Assembly (NCBI GenBank): GCA_051294905.1
Contig: CM119378.1
Span: 14,632,001-14,696,000, forward strand
Length of the DNA stretch: 64,000 bases
Direction: 5' to 3'
DNA from: Botryllus schlosseri
Lineage: Eukaryota
In this document: in pieces, positions 47,501 through 60,334 of the stretch
How positions within the stretch are numbered: the stretch's first letter is position 1
How the letters are laid out: each line of letters begins with the position of its first letter
Program-made: the position numbers and the translations under genes
The notes under the pieces: generated by a model
Told to the model about the DNA's origin: nothing
Database searches by the model: none
The model's input: the letters and a program-made list of their open reading frames with translations, nothing else

Positions 47501-50500
47501 AGCTTACAGCTTACGTTGTCATAAACTATAGCATAGCAAAGTAATTTAAAAGCAAAATGTATATTTCTGTTCTCTGTTTTACCTTAAACGAACCTCTAGT
47601 TTTATTGAAATTGAATTCGAAAACGGTTTATATCAGGGGTGTCAAACATACGACCCGCCAGACGATTTCATCTGGCCCGCGAAGCAATTCTGAGTAGATT
47701 AAAAAATTCCTAATTTTCCAGCACAAATTTCGAGATATTTTGCAGGAAATACTTCCATTTTCATAAACCCCATTATAACCACCCGACTACGTCGCTTTGG
47801 TTTCACTCTAGTAACCAGTCTTACCACACCAATAACATGTCGGTGAAATCGACATCCAATTTCAAGAAAGCAAAAAGTGCTAACCAAGTTCAGCAAGTTT
47901 TATACAAATATCGACCAAACTTAGTTATTCACAGAAGCGAAAACGCCAATGCGAAACCGTTATATGCAGTTTAAATGTAAAATATATAAGTGCCACAAAT
48001 ATATAATTGAAATATATATGGTCACACTGCTGTGTCACTATAGATAACTAACCTACGGATAGATGGGCAACACGTGACTTACGGTCGAGTGATGCGACAA
48101 CGGCAGATTTGTTGTCGCTTCATAGAATGAAACGGGAGCGTAATTGCTAAGCCCATAGATGACGACCCGAGCGCTCAAATTAAATAAAGTTGATCTTATT
48201 TGAAAGCTACAGTCGCGCTGATTCTGATGATACACATTAAGCTTTCATCAAGGCAATTGAACCACCCCGAAATAGCCTTCAAAGCCTGAAAATCGGCATT
48301 GTTATAAACAATTGCAATGGCGCAGCACAATGACCATAACAACGGTCCGGGCGTGGTTGCGATTGTTTAGAATAATGCCGATTTTCATATTTTGAAGGCT
48401 ATTTCGGGGTGGTTCCATTGCCTTGATGAAAATTTAATGTATATTATCAGAATCAGTGCGACTGTAGCTTTCAAATAAGATCAACTTTATTTAATTTGAG
48501 CGCCCGGGTCGTCATCTATGGGCTTAGCAATTACGCTCCCGTTTCATGCTATGAAGCGACAACAAATCTGCCGTTGTCGCATCACACGACCGTGAGTCAC
48601 GTGTTGCCCATCTATCCGTAGGTTAGTTATCTATAGTGTCACTTTCGACCCAATAGATCCCCAGACATGAGAGAAACCGGACTCGCGGTTTAATAATAAT
48701 AAACCAATTTCCAATCAAAATCTTGTATTGCTCACAACGAATATGCAGGGCTAACGCCAGATTACGACTAAATAAAAGGTAGCATAGAATATGCCAACTT
48801 GTATCGTCGTTAACGCCACTGATTTAGCGTTTCATAGCTGTATGCAATCAGACAATCATCGTATATTGCCAATTCCATTGTTCTCGAATAAAGGTGTTGC
48901 GACTTGCTACTTCGAAAACCTTACGATAATTGCATTATCTGTATATGATTTAGGGTATTTAAGTGAAGAGCAAGAGCACGGGGTAACATTTTGGAATCAG
49001 TTGACTGGTCCGGCACGCGAGCGATTTGAAAGCTTGAATCCGGCACGCGACGCCATTTCAGTTTGACACCCCTGGTTTATATATTCCTCAACCATTGGCG
49101 AAGGCTCGAATTGTACCATATCAATTTGTTAATGAGTAATGTATTGCATCTTATCCTCTATTTTGGCTAGTAACTATAAATTGAGGCTATGCAATTACTT
49201 ACGTAGTTTAACAGTTCTACGTATATGTGAGCGATACAGCGCCTTCTTGCGAGTATATTCATCTATATTCGTCCATCGGTTCAGAATCAATGACCACTCA
49301 ATCTCTATTTTAGACAGTTAGCAAAATGCAATGACGTAATCAGGCCTCATACTTCGCAAAGGCAACTTGACTTGAATTGTGACTTGACTCGTCACATGAG
49401 TTGACTTGACTCGAGTCACCTCCAAATATCGAGTGACTTGACTTGATTCGAGTCAAAATGTGCAATTACTTGTGATTCGAATGTAGTGACTTGATCCCAA
49501 CACTGCTAGAAGGACTTATGATATTAGATAATATTTTATCCACCATGTTAGACACAGTGGACGTCTGAATAGGCCTACTGCCGGTCGCTCGCACCATTAC
49601 AGTCCTACGTGGAGCGCGGCCATTGCGACCTACCTTATTACAACTTTGTTTAATTGTTCCCTACATGGATAAATATAACTAGAGTTCTATATATCCCTAT
49701 GGTCCCCTACTATATTTAAAGTTAATGATTTCATGCAAGAATAAAAGCAAATGCATCAGATATTTTGTAATTTTTGCAGTTAGTAACAAGCCTTTCCTCT
49801 TTCTAGAAATTCTCAGAAAGATCTTGGAGGAACACAAACGATCACTGGACCCAGACAATCCACGTGATTTTATTGATCATTATTTAATTCGCATGCAAAG
49901 TAATGATACGAACGACGTGTCGTTCTGTGTGAGTATATACTAGATCAGGTGCGGGTGACATACGACCCGCGGACCGTTTCCTGTCATGCATTAGAATGAA
50001 GCACTACAGCACACTCACGGCCACACCAATATCTCCCACTACAATTGTTTACGGCGGCAGGCATCTAATTAAGTACACTGCTCTTTCATAAATTCACTTT
50101 TTATACTTTCTATATGCTAACAACGAGAGAGATATTATTTCGCTAGCCGATGATCACAAATAGATGTTTGATGGTTATGTAACAACTCCGAAATCCTGCC
50201 CGCCGACCTGGGCGGGGTTGTCGAACAAATTTTTAGCCTACTCCACCCTCGAATCTTGCACGATTCCAAATCAAGACCCATGACTGTAAGCATTTTCATA
50301 TTGTTACTCCTGTTCCGCCCACGTCTCCGCAAAATTGAAATTCGAGACCTAGGCTCCTACTTCAGATACTCGTATGGCATTAGTATTGCGTCGAGACTGC
50401 TACGTAAAACCCTGATCCCGACTCGCATTGCAAATTAGGCTTTGAAATTACTATCCAATCGGAAGTAGAGAGAAATTTACCTCGACTCTGACTTCTGACT

Positions 50501-52507
50501 CTGCATCAACTTTGTTAACTTGCTCTTAAAGAGCACAAGTAACGATTTCCAGAACATGTCAAAACTACTTAAAGTCGAAGTATAAAAGAAAAGGTCAGAA
50601 CACTACTAAAGTAAGTAGTTTCGAGGTAGAGGGGTCGCATGCAGTTTTTCGGAGGTGGCTATACATTCGAGCTGACCAATGTTAACATAGATGGGTACAA
50701 TTTTCCAGTTATATACTTAGATACCGTGATACAAGGGCGATTTGATGCGGCTTTTATGACAATTTCATTTACAAAAGTGATGCAAGCTACTTTTTAAAAT
50801 CCAATGTATAAAAAGTAAGTGTTCAAGTAGAAGTAAAAGTAGTCTAATAACATAACCACTCGAGTAGATCGTGCAAGTAGGCAAAATCTACACGAGTACT
50901 CAGAAAAGTAGATTTACTTTAGATCTTACTCAGACACCCTCCAATCCAAAACTGTGACTCTGACTCTGCCAAATACCGACTCCGCCATATCGAATTTAGT
51001 TACTCTCACTGCCTGCCCGCATAAATTCAGAAGTGAGACTCTGGCTCCGAATTCCAAGTATCCAAAAATATACTGACTTGCACTCCGGCTCGCGACTGTG
51101 CCTCCAACTCACCAGTCCTGCTGAACTAGTTCCCTAGCCCTGGACGAGATTTACTTCCATATTCGCTGTAGCAATTTGAACCCTTCAAACGAAGCCTTTT
51201 GTAGGAAGAACAACTCTATCAAATACTTCGAGATTTGTTTGTTGCGGGCACTGAAACGACTTCGAGCACTCTTAGATGGGCTGTGTTGGTTTTCGCGCAT
51301 CGTCCAGACATTCAACGGAAAGTCCACGAAGAAGTTAAACAAGTTATTGGTGATTACTAGATATGCATATTATAGCAAATTATTTAGTCGTGTTAGTCGT
51401 CACGCTATCGCATGATTTCTGTCGGAATAATTGGACTAGAAAATAGCTGACAATCGTATTGTTATCTGATATAATAGCTCGTCCCCTCCCATGGGAATAA
51501 GGCATTATTCAATCCGACCATGCAGTCCTGCAATACTGACTATGGCGGACTGAGAGAGAGAGAGAGAAAGAGAGATCAGATTTATTTTCGCCTGCTCCGT
51601 CGACATGCTCTGACGAGGGAGATATGATACGACCTTAGTATGCACCACCAATTTTTCTCCTCCATGCTATCCGTGGATGCTAAGTGCTTAGCGGGATAGC
51701 CGCGGATACCAGTTTTTCGAGTCTTTGGCCTGACCCGGCCGGGATTGAACCCAAGACCTACCGATCAAGAAGCCGGACGCATCACCATTACATCTCGAAC
51801 AACGGACTGGTGTTCCGTCCTGGTTCTGACTCTTTATAGGCTGTAAATAAACCATATATCCTGCTTCATAGGTATGGGTATACGTATCTGGTTAAACATG
51901 TGAACCATGGGTATTGGGTGCTGTTACAATCTCACAAGTGATGTCGATGATTCTTCAGGTGTCGGATTGCCGTCAATGAAACACAAAGATGGCATGCCCT
52001 ATGTAAGCGCGTTCATCCTTGAGCTTATGAGACACAGGACTCTGGTTCCTCTCGCAGTCCCTCACGCAACTGTCCGACATGTGTCATTCCGAGGATACGA
52101 CTTGGCTAAAGGGCAGATGGTTAGTAGGCCCTATATCAAGTGAAAATTGATTATTTTCCGACAAGTGATCATTTCCTGAATTGTTTCAGGTTTTAGCCAA
52201 CATATGGGCTGTCCATCACGATCCGAAGAACTTCGAAAATCCGTCAGAATTCAATCCTGAGCGGTTTCTGGACGGGGACGGGACATTCAACAAAAATCCA
52301 AGAGTGATCCCTTTTTCAGTCGGCCCTCGATCTTGTCTTGGGGAACAGCTAGCAAGAATGGAAATATTTCTATTCCTAACCAGCATAGTTCAACGTTTTG
52401 AGATTGTTGCTGATTCGTCGCGGCGGTTACCCGAATTACACGACGGTAATTCCGGAATAGCGGAGGTCCCGACGATGTTCCACGTTTCGTTTAAGAATAG
52501 ACTATGA
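44566..52507 (+). CDS. Cytochrome P450, CYP2 clan, paralog C (intact, 492 aa, 9 coding exons)
   Basis: Exons 44566-44817, 45069-45214, 45269-45371, 46916-47025, 47092-47213, 49807-49928, 51205-51349, 51959-52119, 52190-52507. Exon lengths are identical to B (252,146,103,110,122,122,145,161,318). PPGPWGLP, AGTETTS, ELMR, PERF, FSVGPRSCLG. Confidence 0.95.
45436..46320. mobile_element. hAT element (885 bp) in CYP-C intron 3
   Basis: TIR CAGTGGTTCTCAAC; flanks ACATAGGC / ATATAGCC (6 of 8 match). Confidence 0.8.
47634..49074. mobile_element. hAT element (1441 bp) nested in the preceding element
   Basis: TIR CAGGGGTGTCAAAC; perfect TSD GTTTATAT. Confidence 0.9.
48036..48638. mobile_element. ~600-bp near-perfect palindromic MITE (innermost layer of the nest)
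   Basis: CACTATAGATAACTAACCTACGGATAGATGGGCAAC... matches the reverse complement of the right end over roughly 270 bp. Confidence 0.9.
51552..51797 (-). mobile_element. tRNA-derived SINE in CYP-C intron 7
   Basis: The minus strand has an A-box-like TGGTGATGCG, a B-box GGGTTCAATCCC (51752-51741), a body GGTCAGGCCAAAGACTCGAAAAACTGGTA...CCGCTAAGCACTTAGCAT and a (TC)n tail. Confidence 0.65.
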
Positions 52508-55016
52508 TTTCAATATTGATAATATCCGTCTCAACTATCAACTCAACCCCATTTCCGTGTAGCTCAACGTCAACTGTTCATGATGAAGCAGGTAGGGGCG
52601 AACGGGGACAATTGTAACAATTTTCAGATTTTTTGCTCTAAATCCCTTTTTCATGGAAATTTACTTATCAAATTTTTACATGATAAAACTAGCAACCTTA
52701 TACTTGATATAAAAGCAAATACGGAACTTACGTTAATGATACACGATGAAAATTTTGCGTTTGAAAATCGCTTCTTAAGTGTACCCTCTACCCCGGGGCA
52801 ATTGTAACACCATATGGAGCAATTGTAGCAACGTCATTTACGAACAAAAGCTACAATCAATATTAGATTGCTGTAATTATGTAAAAAATCAAAGAAAAGG
52901 AAGTTGATATGCTTTTGGTCTACACCTGGACACTATTTTGACTTGTGAATACAGATAGCACTTTAGCACATTTCACGGGCCAAAGTGTAACAAACAATAA
53001 TATTGTAGCTTCCTATATCAATCCCTAATAGCTCTACACTTTTTATTATCTTTCACATTCAAGAAAATAATTCATGTCTCTACATACTAAGTTTATGGAG
53101 GTCCTTTCCATTTTCTTTCTTCCGTTTTCCTCTCAAATAATGGTTGTGTTCTGAGTATTGTGAAGAAAAATGTCACAATGAATCGAGAAAGTGAAAGTGC
53201 AATAACCGCTTAGTTTGAATAAATTGGTCGGGCCGTGGTATAAAATGAACATAGAAATCTATCGACATATATCCTATTGGTCATCAATATGTAAATCTGT
53301 GGTAGAACACCCGGTGAATTATGTGAAGCGTCCCCGGTGAATTATGTGAAGCGTCCCCCTTCGTTTCGAATGTTTCCAGTCAAATGCCGGTAGATATGAT
53401 GACGGCAATACTGGAACCGGTATTACCGATTGGCCCTGGCTCTTAGGATATAACGCGTTTTGCGTTGATATAAGATGAGCAAATTAGCATTGTACCAGTA
53501 CACGAGGAATGGCAATTCAGCATTGACAAGATATAATCATAACGGGGCTGAAGTAATAGGATATTACAATTGCCCCTAACACGCCCGGTCGTGAAACTTG
53601 TGCCAATACGGTGCTTTCATAGTTTTCATATCAATATAGTTACGCCGTGGTAATATCGTCACAGCTATACACAGCAGTTTGCAACAAATCAGCAAGCTTC
53701 TATTTTTATATACAAAATATCCTCTACAGAAGAATATTTGCTCGGGTATAGTGAAAACAGCCCGAGAATTCCCCAGTTACTCTTTCTAATTGGAGGGTTA
53801 CACTACTTCTACTTGACAAACTGAAAATAGCGAAAAGTAAGTAAGTAGATCACAAAATATTACGAAGTAGAAGTAGCTAAGATTATATCGACTTGAGTAA
53901 GTACCAAAAGTAAAGGAAAACTACTTGAGTACTTCGAAAAAGTAGAAGTACTTCGTTACTAACCACCTCTGCATAAGGGTTGTAGTGCACCGATAAGGTA
54001 ATATAGTTAGTTTTATCCTGAAAGTCATGAAGTAGAGGCTATTTTGCTGAATAGCCAGCTCACGCTAATTAGCATATCTTGAGCTGCATAAAGAGTGAAA
54101 TGACAGATATCACATCATCGACGATTAGCGGGCTCAAAGGCAAGATATTTTATTCAAGTCGGATAGCGTCCATTGTTGACATTTTCAGAAATTTTAATTC
54201 ATGGGTGTTTGAAGTATATTTCATAAAAATGCGAGTGATACAGCTAGAGTAGACATAAAAATTGCCATAATGACCCGGATTTGTTTCTACTTATGTGACC
54301 AGTACATGATAAACATTACATTTCACCAAGAGAGCTTACAAAGAGTAGGCTACTTTTGGCACTTTGGGAGATCAATTTAAATGCCGGCACCTTTGCAAGC
54401 ATGACGCTGAAACTCCGCTCTTATGGACTAGGGGTATAAAGTCAAATCTTATATGCTATTTGGAGTTGCTATTTTTTGGTCCGAGCCAGCGAATCACCAT
54501 GATGATTGTAATTTAGAATATTTTAACCCAGATATCAAATTAACGACAGAGAGATATCAATCAAGGTAGACGGTAAAAGCACATGATGGCGGATTACTGC
54601 CAGTGTCTATCGTAACTTAGCTGTCCACAACCACCAGGCGGAAGTCGTACAAGAGGACTTTCCTGCCGATGACTTCCATCAAATTTGATTAAATAACTTA
54701 TAGACCAGAGATATCTAGAACTAGAAGTTCTATCTAGAAGTTATAGATATCCCTGTTATAGACTGTTCGGATAACACATTAAATTAATAAATTCAATAGT
54801 ATATTCATATTGAAATAAACTCGATTATTTTCGGCTGACACTCGTCTGGGGTAATCGTCAGCAACTCGTGGAGAATTCAAAATAACACACGTATATCAAC
54901 AATCGTATGACAAAATATGACGTCACCAGTATGAAATGTCGAATACCAGCCCAGCGCCCCTGATATTATTCTTACCTTCCATGATAAAATTTTTGTGTTG
55001 GTCAGTGTTATAGCAT

Positions 55017-55632
55017 AGTGTCCTATATGGTGTCGACACAAGCAAATCTCACGGCTCAGTGAAATTGTATCACGTCACAATTTCCATTTGGCTACAGGCA
55101 ATTTGACGGTCATTTTTGACCCGCTTGCCGAGCATCAAATTTGGTAAAACGGGTATCAATCGAAAGCTGACTCTGCACTGATTACGATAATATAAATTTT
55201 ATTCCGCTTGTGGCCCCGGAACTCCCACAATCAGCCTCGAACTTTTCATTGTTATGGAGATTGGCATTGGGACGCAGCAATGCTGTCTGGCGAAACGAGA
55301 GAGTAGCTCATGATGAAACAATGCTGTCTGGCGAAACGAGAGTGTAGCTCAAGAGAAAAAGGTCCAAAAAGCATTGTTGCGTCCCAATGCCAACCTCCAT
55401 AACAATGAAAAATTCGAGGCTGATTGTGGGGGTTCCAGGGCCGCAAGCGGAATAAAATTTATATTTTCGTCATCAGTGCAGAGTCAGCTTTCGATTGATA
55501 CCCGTTTTACCAAATTTAATGCTCGGCAAGCCGGTCAAAAATGACCGTCAAATTGCCTGTAGCCAAATGGAAATTGTGACACAATTTCACTGAGCCGTGA
55601 GATTTGCTTGTGTCGACACCATATAGGACACT
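55017..55632. mobile_element. ~615-bp palindromic MITE; decayed relatives at ~2440-2720, ~18490-18640 and ~19200-19390
   Basis: AGTGTCCTATATGGTGTCGACACAAGC... inverted arms of roughly 265 bp; the loop has a ~40-bp tandem duplication (CAATGCTGTCTGGCGAAACGAGAG). Confidence 0.9.
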
Positions 55633-56131
55633 TTGGTTATAGTATAGAATGTAAACATGGAATGGCAATAACGACCGATTTTGCAGCTTCGTTCCGCTTC
55701 GCTGAGGCTGGAGTTAGAATTGTTTTGCGTAAGCGACTGTCGGATTTCTGGCAATCCAAAAGTTATCTTTCAGAACGCAGAATTTACTGAATCTGGTGTT
55801 AATCGAAAGCTACTGTTGCATTGATCACGAAAATAATAATTAAAAGATGATCAGGCTCCAGACTTCGATGAAAAAACGCCCTCAACATCTGAAATGTGCA
55901 TTGTTCAGAACAATCGGATAACCGCAAAACAATGACAATAACGATGACCCGTTGCGGCTCTCCGAAATGGATAACTAAATTCGCTATGGTATATCTTGAT
56001 TGTGTCATTCATCTTCGCAGTAAGATTCAGGACAGTCACTCAATGATTAGCATAGTAATTCCGTTATGAAAGTCGGCAATATATCGGTGCGCGCTGATCT
56101 ACCAGATACTCGACTTCGACAGCGTAATTAC

Positions 56132-58171
56132 CAGGGCTGTGGAGTCGGAGTCGGAGTCGGTGGAGTCGGAGTCGGGGTAATTTTCGGTTGATGGAGTCGG
56201 AGTCGGGGTCGTGAAAACTATAATAGCTGGAGTCGGAGTCGGAGTCGGAGTCGGTGGGAAAATACTGACTGGAGTCGGAGTCGGAGTTTATGAGAATGAC
56301 CCTGACTTCGACTCCGACTCCGACTCCAACTTCTCTAGCATGAAAACACTTGCTTTCAAAGAATTTTCAATATAATTTTTATGTACCACCAATCACTGTT
56401 ATTATTAACCATGCAGATCAGGTGCGGCCAGCCCGTGGCACGCAGGTCAAATTTGGCACAGGAAAAGGTTAGGTGTGGTCTGCGAGGTAATTCTCGAAAT
56501 TATTTATGACATCAGGTACAATTGCAAGGGCAACCAAAATTTGATTAGCATGAACGCGAAATTTGATGATGACTAAAATAACAGTTCTGACGCCAGGGGC
56601 CAGCAACATTTATCCCAGATCTTCGTATATGACCATAAAGTAGAATATTTCATAGCAGATTTATTTACCTTGAAATTTTTCTCGGTACTTCGCATGATTC
56701 AATGTCACTAGATTTGTTGCATTCAGTATTTGAGCCCCCTTCTGAAAATTATAAATACATATTATTCACCGAATTGAGTCTAACTATTCGCAATTAGGAG
56801 ATAACGTGTCGTCCAACATGCCGCATCGCTTGTGTACTCGCAGCGAGATCGCCGACAAAACATTTGCACAAAATGATAGAGGCATGTTCAGTGTTCACTG
56901 ATACCGTCGATTTTGCTATGTCTAAACGTCGAATAATCTTGTCCTTGTCAAATGAGCCCAGTAGTATACAGATGCGATCCCCAATGTGTGTTAGCGACAT
57001 ATTTATTGATATAGCCTAATTCAGTCGTTATCTTGCAAAAAAAAATTCGCGCTTCGCGCGACTAGGGCCTGATTGCGAACTGCACAGTTGCATGACATAT
57101 TGTGATCAATTTAGAGCGTATTAATATATGTCCTCTTTGCAATGTAACCTAATTCGGTTCGCTCCTATCGACGACTAAAAAAAGGTTATCAACATTCCAG
57201 TTGCCCGCGCATTGGTTCGTAAATCTCCGGTGTCCCTTTCGCCGAAAAAGTTGCCCACCCCTGATATAGATAAAATTAGACATTACTTGCAAATTGCAAC
57301 TCAGTTGCAGAGGGGAAGAAAATCGCAAGATGAGTTTTCCCGATGCAGTCAAAATTGATGCAATTTTTGGAATTATATCATAATACTGTGACAGAGGAAA
57401 TGCATCGGCTGGTTTTGTAAAATTGTAAAAATGATGTAAATATGACGAAACGATGCTTCCCACTTGACAAAATTAAAAATATTTGTAGTGTAGCTTAGCT
57501 GTTTGGGTCGAACAAATGATTAAGAAAGACTGCAAGTCCCAATCCTTGAATACTTGATTAAGTACATGTAGACTAGACATAGGCTATGGTCTTTGACTAC
57601 TGAACTAAATTCCATTTATGATCAATGTCTTAGTAAGAGTGTGTGTGCTTGTAATCAGGATAGTGTGCAATGACAAAATTAGTAAGTTCAATCTCTTTAT
57701 TAGTTGCTGACTCATACACAAGAGCTGCACTTGGATTTTACATCTACATTTCTATTATACAGGATTGGATATCTGCCATATTTGAATGATTCATACATTT
57801 CAGGATATTAGAGAGTCCATATTATAAAAACTTGAAAAAGGAAGGATATTTAGCAAATCTTTCTTTCATGTTAATTGCATAGTGGATATTTCAAGCTGTG
57901 CCACAATGAAACAATTTAGCATGCCACCGTTAATCATATGTTTGCATATGTTTAATGGTTGTATGATAGTCATTCAACCGACAATGTGGCATATAATTTT
58001 CGAAGTAAATTGGTAATAATGCTGGAGTCGGAGTCGGGAATCGGAGTCGTAGTCGGTATACGTTTAAAGACCCAGGAGTCGGAGTCGGAGTCAGAGTCGG
58101 TATATTGAAAATGTGTGGAGTCGGAGCCGGAGCCGGAGTCGGTGGTAAAATTTACTGACTCCACAGCCCTG
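56132..58171. mobile_element. Non-autonomous hAT element (2040 bp) with GGAGTC subterminal arrays
   Basis: TIR CAGGGCTGTGGAGTC; perfect TSD GTAATTAC; many GGAGTC hexamers near both ends. Confidence 0.9.
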
Positions 58172-58484
58172 GTAATTACTACGCTAATCATCGAGTCACA
58201 GCCTTGAAACCGGGTACAGGGCTAAATGACAGCATCAAAATATACCATACTAAATCCTGTCACCCAACTCGTTATGGAAAACAGTAAAAATCGACAAAGA
58301 CCAATTGCGACTTCGCTACGGACGGATCGACAATAACAAAGTCGTCAAAGGCATCTGGCAGTGACAGTCACGTGATTTTCCGAGTGTCCGCATATATATA
58401 ACTAACCTACGGAGGTTAGTTATCTATAGTCCACAGCCACACCATCTTTGAGTACACGCTGATGTTACACTCTATAGTCTATAG

Positions 58485-59726
58485 CAGGGGTTCTCAACTT
58501 CCCTCGTATAGCGGGCCGCATTTTCACACTAAAAGACGCCGCGGGCCGCAGAACTTTATCACCATGTATTTGTGAACCACTATTAAATTTAGGCTACTGT
58601 AGCCTATTTACCAGTCTTATACGGGAATTTAGTACATTTTTATGCATTCTAAAGCATTAATGGAGAGCGTTCTTAAGTTTGCAGTTGCTGTTTTTTGTAA
58701 GGATATCTATTTTCAAGTGGCGCAAGTAGTCTAAATCCCTTCATGGAGCGTACATTCTATTCGTTGCCATGTTGGTATGTGTACCCTTCAAACCCTTCCA
58801 CCAGAGAACCGAACTCGCTCTCTCAATGCGTGAGAGAGCAAGTATAAAAATTACGGTGACATTTTCGTTGCAGAGGTCATTATCACTTTGAGCTCTCAGT
58901 GATATAAGAAGTCAGACGTTCGGGGACATTTCTGAGCAAACCAATCAACTCTTCCCCTCTCCTTGCATGACTGGAGCCTTACACCAATAGTTACAGAAGT
59001 CAGCTTTGTCAAATTGATGTTTTTCACTGGTCCCCTTCCCACGTTTGCCCCGTCAGCATTTCCTCTGGAAATATGTCCACTCTGATAAAACGCACCTGGA
59101 TAATTAGCTATGCAATGTGTGTGCAGTGTGCACTGTGTGCAGTCGATGGATTCGTCCAATGCTAGGCTAAAGTAGTCTATGCGTGGCAACGTGTTTCAAA
59201 ACATGCGATAAAAGATCGACTGAGATAGCTGTTACTCTTCTGGTGACTGTTGAGTGTTGAATCAGACAACTGTATAGCCTCGAAATTTGTCAGGTGATAT
59301 TGAACTTGCTGCTAAGTTCCGGAAACAGCGAATATTCGCACAGTACGTTAAATTTTTATTGAAGTCACACATTCTCTAGCAGACTATTCGGTTTATCGAT
59401 ACACCAAGCAATTTTGAACAAATCGTCTGTCACTCCGTCGGATATTTTAAAGATGCCTCGAAATATGGATTGCTGGGCTTGACACTAAGCTAGCAACGTT
59501 TTCTCTAAGATCAGGCGTTATGTATAACTCCAGACGAAGCCATCGTGCTATCATTTGAAGCTCCTAGGCTTTTTTACAACAACTGTTCTTCGACAAATGT
59601 GACACATCGGTCTTCCATAACGATACTACCAGTAGTAATTGCGTTCATATTGAAAGATGTCGCGGGCCGCAAAAGAATCGTCTGCGGGCCGCATGCGGCC
59701 CGCGGGCCGCGGGTTGAGAACCCCTG
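58485..59726 (-). mobile_element. hAT (Buster/Charlie-type) element (1242 bp) carrying a decayed transposase
   Basis: TIR CAGGGGTTCTCAAC; perfect TSD GTCTATAG. The minus strand has YFSLALDES and LTKLTSVT remnants typical of GTF2IRD2/EPM2AIP1-like transposases, broken by stops and frameshifts. Confidence 0.85.
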
Positions 59727-59742
59727 GTCTATAGTTATAGAT

Positions 59743-59934
59743 CAGTGGTTCCCAACCTTTTTCGACCCATCGCCCCCTTTTCAAGGTCAACACCGATCAT
59801 CGCCCCCCAAATTTTGTGCACCGATAATTGGGCATACAGGCTGTAATCACCGGCGGGTTGACTAAAAAAAAAAAAAAAAAAGGTCATCTTTCTCTGAAAT
59901 AACGTTTTTTCTCTCCGAATGGCTAGGTGGATGA

Positions 59935-59967
<33 letters not shown>

Positions 59968-60138
59968 TCAGCCGTTTTGACGCGTCATCGCCCCCCCTAT
60001 CGCCCCCTTCGCTATTTTCGCCCCCCGTCGCCCCCTTTGTCCATTTTCGCCCCCCTATCGCCCCCTTCGTAATTTTCGCCCCCCTAGATCGCCAAATCGC
60101 CCCCTGGGGGGCGATATCGCCCACGTTGGGAACCACTG
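59743..60138. mobile_element. hAT MITE (396 bp) just upstream of C1orf131
   Basis: TIR CAGTGGTTCCCAAC; perfect TSD TTATAGAT; internal TCGCCCCC repeats and A-tracts. Confidence 0.9.
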
Positions 60139-60334
60139 TTATAGATAGATTACTGACCTAAGACCTTCCCTATCATCTTCCACTGATTATCCGGAGATCG
60201 ACGAAAACCGGTAAACATGCGATTTCAGTTCGTCTTGGTACTCAGTAGATTAGTTATTGATACTACGGACTGTACTCTGTAACTGCTATAGTTCACTCTA
60301 GTTCGCGTTTTCATTCTCATCTCTATTTACCGTA

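Larger units (their letters stand above)
47274..49505. mobile_element. hAT element with GACTT/GACTC subterminal repeats in CYP-C intron 5 (outer layer of a nest)
   Basis: TIR CAGTGTTGGGAT; TSD CTAGAATG / CTAGAAGG; empty site in paralogs A and B. Confidence 0.85.

Noticed and set aside
51700-51797. tRNA gene
   Set aside because: It has A and B boxes but no clean cloverleaf or acceptor stem, and it continues into a SINE-like body and microsatellite tail.
59864-59965. Poly(A) tracts as a retrocopy tail
   Set aside because: They are internal to a TIR/TSD-bounded MITE, and the same motif context occurs inverted in the MITE at 38250-38659.
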